Part shown: in pieces, positions 10,890 through 17,651 of the stretch
Numbering within the stretch: position 1 is the first letter of the stretch
Layout of the letters: every line of letters starts with the position of its first letter
NCBI RefSeq assembly: GCF_000953395.1
Contig: NZ_LN649236.1
Coordinates: 90,001 to 122,000, forward strand
Source: Candidatus Portiera aleyrodidarum
GTDB taxonomy: Bacteria; Pseudomonadota; Gammaproteobacteria; Johnevansiales; Johnevansiaceae
DNA: 32,000 nucleotides
Reading direction: 5' to 3'
Translations under genes and position numbers: made by a program
The notes under the pieces: generated by a model
Database searches by the model: none
Told to the model about the DNA's origin: nothing
What the model saw: the letters and a program-made list of their open reading frames with translations, nothing else

Positions 10890-11009
10890 TTCTCTTTTTA
10901 CTTCTCTTTTTACTTCTCTTTTTACTTCTCTTTTTACTTCTCTTTTTACTTCTCTTTTTACTTCTCTTTTTACTTCTCTTTTTACTTCTCTTTTTACTTC
11001 TCTTTTTAC
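10890..11009. repeat. Perfect tandem repeat, 12-nt unit ttctctttttac x10 (minus-strand/mRNA sense GTAAAAAGAGAA)
   Basis: Counted base by base: ten identical head-to-tail units fill the ilvH-ilvC spacer. The first unit in mRNA order contains the ilvH TAA stop (11008-11006). Confidence 0.98.
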
Positions 11010-11488
11010 TCACTCAACACACGAGTAATCCCTGAAACTCCTGTACGAACTACTTCTGAAATACCTTCTATTGCATTAATAAATGCATCTAATTTATCTT
11101 CATCTCCAGTTATTTGTATTATATAATCTGTTGTCGTTACATCTACAATATTAGCTCTAAAAATATCTGTGATCCTTTTTATTTCTGCTCTCCTATCATC
11201 TGTATATGCTTTTACTTTTACTAACATTAATTCTCTAGCAATATGAGATACTTCTGTTAAATCTAATATTTTCACTACATCTACTAATTTATTCAACTGT
11301 TTTATAATTTGCTCAATTACACATGCATCTCCATTAGTTGTTAATGTCAATCTAGATAAGGTTATATCTTCTGTATGAGCTACATTAAGAGTTTCAATAT
11401 TAAAATTCCGTTGTGAAAATACTCCAACTATTTTAGATAATGCCCCTGGTTCATTCTCCAATAATATTGATATAATATGACGCATCAA
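11006..11488 (-). CDS. ilvH: acetolactate synthase small (regulatory) subunit
   Basis: 160-aa ORF with an ACT domain (ISILLENEPGALSKIVGVFSQRNFNIETL), directly after the large subunit. Confidence 0.93.
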   Translation of the reverse strand: MMRHIISILLENEPGALSKIVGVFSQRNFNIETLNVAHTEDITLSRLTLTTNGDACVIEQIIKQLNKLVDVVKILDLTEVSHIARELMLVKVKAYTDDRRAEIKRITDIFRANIVDVTTTDYIIQITGDEDKLDAFINAIEGISEVVRTGVSGITRVLSE

Positions 11489-11491
11489 TTA

Positions 11492-13228
11492 TTACTCCGC
11501 TTTTGAAAGTAACATATCATTAATAGCTCCTAATGGTTTTTGCATAGGATATACATGTTCATGTGGATCAATATAAATATTTATAAATACTAGCTCCTTT
11601 TTATTTAAAAATACTTTTTCTAAAGCTGCTTCCAAGTCTTCTATTAATTTTACCGTTATAGCTTTAAATCCATATGCTTCAAATAATCTATGAAATTCAG
11701 GTAACGATTCTACATAAGAATTAGCATAACGTGACTTATAATTTATATCTTGCCATTGCCTAACCATACCTAAAGAACCATTATTTAAATGTATAATTTT
11801 CAATGAAATATCAAATTGTTTACATGTTGATAATTCTTGCATCATCATTTGAAAACTTCCTTCTCCAGTAACTAATACCACTTGGGAATCAGGAAAACTT
11901 AATTTTACCCCCATAGCTGCTGGTAAACCAAACCCCATTGTTCCTAAGCCTCCCGAAGTTATCAATCTATTAGGTTTATTAAATTTATAATATTGTGCTG
12001 TAAACATTTGATGTTGACCAACATCAGTTGCTATATAAGCATCTCCTTTTGTTATTTTATATACAGCTTCAATTATTTGTTGAGGTTTAATTAAATCTCT
12101 ACTATAAGATTGTTTATATAATTTACCATCTCTATTTGATATCCATTTATTTATACATTTCCACCACTTTTCTAATTTTTTTTTTCTATTTTCAATATTT
12201 CTTTCATTCTTATAACTCTTCTTAATTTTTTTCAACATTTCTGTTAATACATTAATAGCAGACCCTACAATAGGTATATCTGCCACTATAGTTTTAGAAA
12301 TAGAACATGGATCAATATCTATATGAATTACTTTAGCATTAGGGCAAAATTTTTCTGTATTATTTGTTACCCTATCATCAAATCTAGCACCAATACAAAA
12401 AATAAGATCTGAACTATGCATAGCATTGTTAGCTTCAAACGAACCATGCATTCCTGGCCAACCTATACATTGAAAATCACTTTGCGGATATGCACCAATA
12501 CCCATTAATGATGTAACCACAGGTATAAAAACTATTTTAGCAAAGTTTTTTATTATTTTACTAGCTTTACCTGTTATTGCTCCACCACCAACAAATAATA
12601 CAGGCCGTTTTGCTTTAAATAATAATTTTAATGCTTTTTTTATATTTTCTTTACTCTTACAATTTTCTTTATTCTTAGATCTTATTTTTATATTTTTTGG
12701 ATAAATATACTCATAAACTTCATTAGGTGATGTCATATCTTTAGGTATATCTACTAATACTGGCCCTAATCTACCTGTACTAGCTATATAAAATGCTTTT
12801 TTTAATACTATAGGAATATCTGCAGTATCCCGAATAGTAAAACTATGTTTTACTATTGGCCTAGTTACACCAACTATATCTGTTTCTTGAAATGCATCTT
12901 CTCCTATTAATTTACTTACAACTTGACCACAAAGTATTACCATAGGTATCGAATCCATATACGCTGTAGCAATACCAGTAACTGCATTAGTAGCACCAGG
13001 TCCTGATGTTACTAATACCACACCTGTTTTTCCACTAGCTCTTGCATATCCATCCGCCATATGCGTAGCTGCTTGTTCATGACGAACTAAAATATGTTGA
13101 ACATCATTTTGACGAAATAACGCATCATAAATATGAAGAGCTGCTCCACCTGGATAACCATATACATATTTTACACCTTCATCCTTTAGAAAGCGTATAA
13201 TCATATCAGCACCTGATAACAATTCCAC
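11492..13228 (-). CDS. ilvI: acetolactate synthase large subunit
   Basis: 578-aa ThDP enzyme. Its N-terminus MELLSGADMIIRFLKDEGVKYVYGYPGGAALHIYDAL parallels E. coli IlvI, and it has the ThDP motif GGLGTMGFGLPAAMG...GEGSFQMM. The GTG start has an AAGGAG 7 nt upstream. Confidence 0.95.
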   Translation of the reverse strand: MELLSGADMIIRFLKDEGVKYVYGYPGGAALHIYDALFRQNDVQHILVRHEQAATHMADGYARASGKTGVVLVTSGPGATNAVTGIATAYMDSIPMVILCGQVVSKLIGEDAFQETDIVGVTRPIVKHSFTIRDTADIPIVLKKAFYIASTGRLGPVLVDIPKDMTSPNEVYEYIYPKNIKIRSKNKENCKSKENIKKALKLLFKAKRPVLFVGGGAITGKASKIIKNFAKIVFIPVVTSLMGIGAYPQSDFQCIGWPGMHGSFEANNAMHSSDLIFCIGARFDDRVTNNTEKFCPNAKVIHIDIDPCSISKTIVADIPIVGSAINVLTEMLKKIKKSYKNERNIENRKKKLEKWWKCINKWISNRDGKLYKQSYSRDLIKPQQIIEAVYKITKGDAYIATDVGQHQMFTAQYYKFNKPNRLITSGGLGTMGFGLPAAMGVKLSFPDSQVVLVTGEGSFQMMMQELSTCKQFDISLKIIHLNNGSLGMVRQWQDINYKSRYANSYVESLPEFHRLFEAYGFKAITVKLIEDLEAALEKVFLNKKELVFINIYIDPHEHVYPMQKPLGAINDMLLSKAE

Positions 13229-13345
13229 TTTGAAGCTCCTTTTAATATAATAACTTTCTTTTTTTAGTTTATAACATAGTTCTATTAATTACAATTTTTT
13301 TATGCTAATATACTTTTTATTTACTTTAATTTCTTTCGGATAAAT

Positions 13346-13960
13346 ATGTTATTAGAATATATACATTCCGTTATAATTTGTTTTATAACTTTATTACCTG
13401 TAGCTAATCCACTAACCAGTACTACTTTATTACTAACATTGGGTAATAACTTAAACCCTTATGAACGTAAAAAACAAATATATTTGGCTACTTTTTATGT
13501 AGCTATTATTATGCTTATTTGTTTTTATGCAGGTAATGAAATAATAAATGCTTTTGGTGTTTCTATTAATGCACTACGTATTACTGGAGGTATAATTTTA
13601 TCTTATATTGGATTTAACATGTTATTTACTTTAAATCATAATGAACAACCTATAAAAGAAAAACCAAATATATCTTTGGTTCCACTTGCTTTACCTGGTA
13701 CCGCTGGACCTGGTACTATCGCTTTAATTATTAGTTCATCTTCCAAATTACCTTCAACAATAATGATACATTGTGTTATATTTACTGTTACTGCCTTAAT
13801 TTCCTTTGTTTTTTTAATTAGTTTATTAAGTGCTAATAAACTTTTTAAATTACTTGGTAATTCGGGTATTGATGCTATTTCTCGTATTATGGGTTTTTTA
13901 TTAATTTCTATGGGAGTACAATTTATAATTACCGGTTTACAAGTATTATTGAAATTTTAA
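13346..13960 (+). CDS. MarC-family (UPF0056/NAAT) integral membrane protein
   Basis: 204-aa polytopic ORF with the family-typical N-terminus (LLPVANPL.S...LLTL) and about 6 hydrophobic segments. It is one of only two plus-strand genes, and its 3' end overlaps the clpB 3' end by 15 nt. Confidence 0.7.
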   Translation: MLLEYIHSVIICFITLLPVANPLTSTTLLLTLGNNLNPYERKKQIYLATFYVAIIMLICFYAGNEIINAFGVSINALRITGGIILSYIGFNMLFTLNHNEQPIKEKPNISLVPLALPGTAGPGTIALIISSSSKLPSTIMIHCVIFTVTALISFVFLISLLSANKLFKLLGNSGIDAISRIMGFLLISMGVQFIITGLQVLLKF

Positions 13961-16354
13961 TTTACTAAATACAATTTGATCCTTTTCAACAATAACCTTA
14001 ATTCTATCTCCTGTAATAATTTTTCCATATAATATTGCTTTTGATAAAGGATTTTCTAACAAATTTTGAATTGCTTTTTTTAAATGTTTTGCTCCATATA
14101 CTGTATTAAAACCCATACGTGATATTTTTTCTATAGCATCTTGTGAAATTTCTAATTGTAGTTTTTTTATAGCTAAACTCTTTATCAATTTCTTAATTTT
14201 AATATAAGCAATATTATTAATTTGATTAATAAATAATGAATTAAATACTACTATTTCATCAATAATGTTTATAATTTCTGACTTCAAATGAACATTAACT
14301 AATTCCATAACTACCAACTTCCTTTCATTATATGTTTCTCCAGAAAATCTATTAATAACTTCATATCCTAGATTTGACGTCATAACAAGAATTGTCTTTC
14401 TAAAATCTATCTTTTGTCCCTTACCATCAGTTAAGATACCAACTTTTAATATTAGTAGCAATATCTTATATATATCAGTATGAGCCTTCTCTATTTCATT
14501 CAACAATATGACTGAATAAGGTTTTATACGTACCTTTTCTGTTAACTCACCCCTTAATCTTATTACAGAATACTTATCCATAAATTCTGACATATTAATA
14601 CGTACTATTGATTCTTCTGTATTAAAAATAATCTCAGCTAAAGCTTTACATAATTCTGTTTTTCCTACACCTTTAGGACCAAGAAATAAAAAAGACCCTT
14701 TATTTTTATTATGTTCAATAATCCTAGTAATATAACGCCTACGTACTGCATTAGAAACTGCCTGTACTGCTTCACTTTGACCAATTACTCTTTTTTGCAA
14801 AACTTCTTCCATTTTTATAATTTTTTCTCTTTCTCCTTCTAATATCTTAGCCATAGGTATACCTGTTAACCTTGAAACTACTTCTGCTATTTCTTCTTCA
14901 GTTAATTTAGATCTTAACAAATTTAATATATTATTTGCTTTTTTAAATGTGGGTATTCTTTCCGACAATTTTACAATATCTTTATTCCTACGAGCTCCTT
15001 CCCTTTTTAATTTAGCCGTTCCCTTTAAAATATATTTTTCTGTTTTCCAAATTTTTTCTACTTCTGAATATTCCTTACTAAGTTCTTTTATCTTATTTTC
15101 CAATATCTTTAAAATTTTCTTATAATATTTATCATTTTCTCTTTTAATAGCTTCCCTTTCTATTTTTAGTTTAATCAAATGACGTTCCATTTTCTCCATT
15201 ATTTCTGGTTTATAATCTATCTCTATACTAATTCTAGAAGCCGCCTCATCTATTAAATCCATTGCCTTAACAGGTAACTTTCTGTCAGTAATATAACGAT
15301 TTGATAATTTTGCTGCTGCTATAATCGCTCCATCTGTTATCTTGACACTGTGATGAATTTCATATCTTTTTTTTAAACCACGTAATATAGCGATTGTATC
15401 TTCTTCTGAATGTTCATCTACCTTTATTTTTTGAAACCTTCTTTCTAATGCATAATCTTTTTCTATATATTTTCTATACGCCTCTACTGTTGTAGCACCA
15501 ATACAATGTAAATCACCTCTATATAATACTGGTTTTAACATATTAAAAAAACCTGATACAATATTGTCTATAAATAATAATACATCTCTACCTTCTTTTT
15601 TTCTTAATTCCTTTATCCTCTCTTCATATTTTGCTTCAACCATTAATGCTCCCATATCAATAGAAAATACTTTTTTATTTTTTATACTTTCTGGAACCTC
15701 ACCATTAAGAATACGGTTAGCTAATCCCTCTAAAATAGCTGTTTTACCCACCCCTTTTTCACCGATTAAAAGAGGATTATTTTTCTTACGTCTCTGTAAT
15801 ACCTGAATAATTCTACGAATTTCCTCCTCCCTACCAATTACTGAATCCAATTTTCCTTCTGACGCACTTTTTGTAAGATCCCTAATATACTTTTCTTTTT
15901 TTTTTTCAAAAACAATATCATTACCACCTATTATTTGAGAAATTTCTAACTTCACCTTTTGTTTATTTAATCCAGCATTAATTAATAACTTACTTACTTT
16001 ATTATTTAGTTTCAATGCTGCCAACAAAACTAATTCACTATAAATAAATTTATAATCCTTAATTTTAGCTTCTATATATGCTAAATTAAATAATCTTATA
16101 ACATCCTTCCCCATCAATACCTTTCCATCAACTTTCACAAGTTTAGGTAATAAACTAAGTTTTAGCTGTAAATATTTATTAATTGTTATAATATCTCCTC
16201 CATTTTTTATAATTAATGATTTAAATATATCTTCTTTTATTAAAGTAAGTAAAATATGTACTGTATGTAATTTTTTTTGATAGTTTATAATAGCTAATGA
16301 TTTAGCTGAATATAATGCATTTTTCAATTTATTAGTTAATCTATCTAATCTCAT
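13946..16354 (-). CDS. clpB: ClpB-type AAA+ disaggregase homologue (divergent motifs)
   Basis: 802-aa ORF with a Clp N-domain, two Walker A loops (GEKGVGKTA, GPKGVGKTE), a coiled-coil middle domain and ClpB-specific blocks (ERRFQKIKV, AILRGLKKRYEIHH, DRKLPVKAMDLIDEAAS). See the finding on motif erosion. Confidence 0.9.
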   Translation of the reverse strand: MRLDRLTNKLKNALYSAKSLAIINYQKKLHTVHILLTLIKEDIFKSLIIKNGGDIITINKYLQLKLSLLPKLVKVDGKVLMGKDVIRLFNLAYIEAKIKDYKFIYSELVLLAALKLNNKVSKLLINAGLNKQKVKLEISQIIGGNDIVFEKKKEKYIRDLTKSASEGKLDSVIGREEEIRRIIQVLQRRKKNNPLLIGEKGVGKTAILEGLANRILNGEVPESIKNKKVFSIDMGALMVEAKYEERIKELRKKEGRDVLLFIDNIVSGFFNMLKPVLYRGDLHCIGATTVEAYRKYIEKDYALERRFQKIKVDEHSEEDTIAILRGLKKRYEIHHSVKITDGAIIAAAKLSNRYITDRKLPVKAMDLIDEAASRISIEIDYKPEIMEKMERHLIKLKIEREAIKRENDKYYKKILKILENKIKELSKEYSEVEKIWKTEKYILKGTAKLKREGARRNKDIVKLSERIPTFKKANNILNLLRSKLTEEEIAEVVSRLTGIPMAKILEGEREKIIKMEEVLQKRVIGQSEAVQAVSNAVRRRYITRIIEHNKNKGSFLFLGPKGVGKTELCKALAEIIFNTEESIVRINMSEFMDKYSVIRLRGELTEKVRIKPYSVILLNEIEKAHTDIYKILLLILKVGILTDGKGQKIDFRKTILVMTSNLGYEVINRFSGETYNERKLVVMELVNVHLKSEIINIIDEIVVFNSLFINQINNIAYIKIKKLIKSLAIKKLQLEISQDAIEKISRMGFNTVYGAKHLKKAIQNLLENPLSKAILYGKIITGDRIKVIVEKDQIVFSKLKFQ

Positions 16355-17289
16355 ATATATTTTTTACTCATTGTATATATTTTATTATTACGCAATATAT
16401 TTAATAATATTTTCATATCTTTTGGTACTTTTATTTTTATTTTTACTTTTTCTTTTTTTGTAGGATGTTGAAAAATTAAACAATGAGCATGTAAAGCTTG
16501 CCTTTTAAACTTAGGTAATATTTTTTTGTTTAAATATATTGAATCACCTATTAATGATATATTTATATATTCCATATGTACTCTTATTTGATGAGTACGC
16601 CCGGTTTCTAACCAACAACGTATATAAGTATGTAACTTAAATCTTTCAATTACTCTATAATGTGTTATTGCTAATTTCCCATCACTTCTTACTATTTTCC
16701 GTTTTCTATTTTTAAAATGACGACCTATTTGTGCTTTTATACATCCACCTATAAATAATTTCCCTATTACTAGTGCATCATATTCTCTAATTATGCTTTT
16801 ATCTTTAATTTGTTTAATTAATTGTTTATATGTTACTAATGTTTTAGCTATTAGTAATAAGCCACTAGTCTCTTTATCTATACGATGTACCAACCCTGCT
16901 CTTGGCATTTTAATTAATTCTGTATTATTCTTATGATACAATAGTGCATTAACTAATGTTCCTTTTATATTACCTTTTGAAGGATGTACAACTAAACCAT
17001 GTTTTTTATTTATAATCATTAAATCTTTATCTTCATAAATTATGTCTATTTTAATATCTTCTGGTTTCAATACTTTTTCAACAAAGTAATCCTTATTAAT
17101 TGATAATAGTACAATACATTGGCCTTCATTAATTTTAGTCTTTGGCTTAGCTGGATAACCATCTACTATTAATTTTCTATGATTAATAAACTTTTTTATT
17201 TTTTCTCTAGTAATATTAAATAATTCTCTTGATGCTTTATCTAATCTCATACCTTGCATATTACTTGAAATATATTTAATAGTTATCAT
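16351..17289 (-). CDS. rluD: 23S rRNA pseudouridine synthase, RluD family
   Basis: 312-aa ORF with an S4-like N-domain and the catalytic motif HRIDKETSGLLLIAK, plus GRTHQIRVH. ATGA overlaps occur at both ends. Confidence 0.85.
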   Translation of the reverse strand: MITIKYISSNMQGMRLDKASRELFNITREKIKKFINHRKLIVDGYPAKPKTKINEGQCIVLLSINKDYFVEKVLKPEDIKIDIIYEDKDLMIINKKHGLVVHPSKGNIKGTLVNALLYHKNNTELIKMPRAGLVHRIDKETSGLLLIAKTLVTYKQLIKQIKDKSIIREYDALVIGKLFIGGCIKAQIGRHFKNRKRKIVRSDGKLAITHYRVIERFKLHTYIRCWLETGRTHQIRVHMEYINISLIGDSIYLNKKILPKFKRQALHAHCLIFQHPTKKEKVKIKIKVPKDMKILLNILRNNKIYTMSKKYI

Positions 17290-17651
17290 ATTAAACTTAT
17301 AAACCCACCTATCATTATCGAAATATCAGCTATATTTAATACTAAATAATATTTATCTAACCAATGAACTGACAAAAAATCAATAATATAACCATGACCC
17401 AATTTATCTATTATATTACCTATAGTACCACCAATAATTAATTCATAACATCCATAATTTTTTTTTATCCATATTAAAAAACCAATCCCTAAAATACAAA
17501 TGCAACTATTAAAACTGCTATTATTATGTAACAAAGTTAAATTTAAATTTTTATTAATTCTTATGATTATTCCATCATTTAACCAATTATTCACAATTAA
17601 TTTAGTACTAAAATCCAAAATTATTATTATAAAACTTAACCTAATATTCAT
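17286..17651 (-). CDS. lspA: lipoprotein signal peptidase II (shortened)
   Basis: 121-aa ORF in the conserved ileS-lspA position. Recognisable blocks are LDFSTK, GGTIGNIIDK and LNIADISIMIGG, which include both catalytic Asp positions. Confidence 0.8.
   Translation of the reverse strand: MNIRLSFIIIILDFSTKLIVNNWLNDGIIIRINKNLNLTLLHNNSSFNSCICILGIGFLIWIKKNYGCYELIIGGTIGNIIDKLGHGYIIDFLSVHWLDKYYLVLNIADISIMIGGFISLI

Noticed and set aside
10890-11009. Could the regular short repeats (also 22754-22819 and 27897-27976) be CRISPR arrays?
   Set aside because: The units are 10-13 nt and directly abutting, with no spacers. They have no repeat palindromicity and no cas genes nearby. They are simple tandem (slippage) repeats.
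13229-13345. Divergent ilvI / MarC-family spacer examined for an ilv leader peptide or attenuator, and for clear promoters.
   Set aside because: There is no Ile/Val/Leu-rich leader ORF or terminator/antiterminator hairpins. The candidate -35/-10 pairs have poor spacing (TTACAA-14-TATACT on plus, TTGTAA-15-TATAAA on minus), so nothing is supportable beyond the SD sites.
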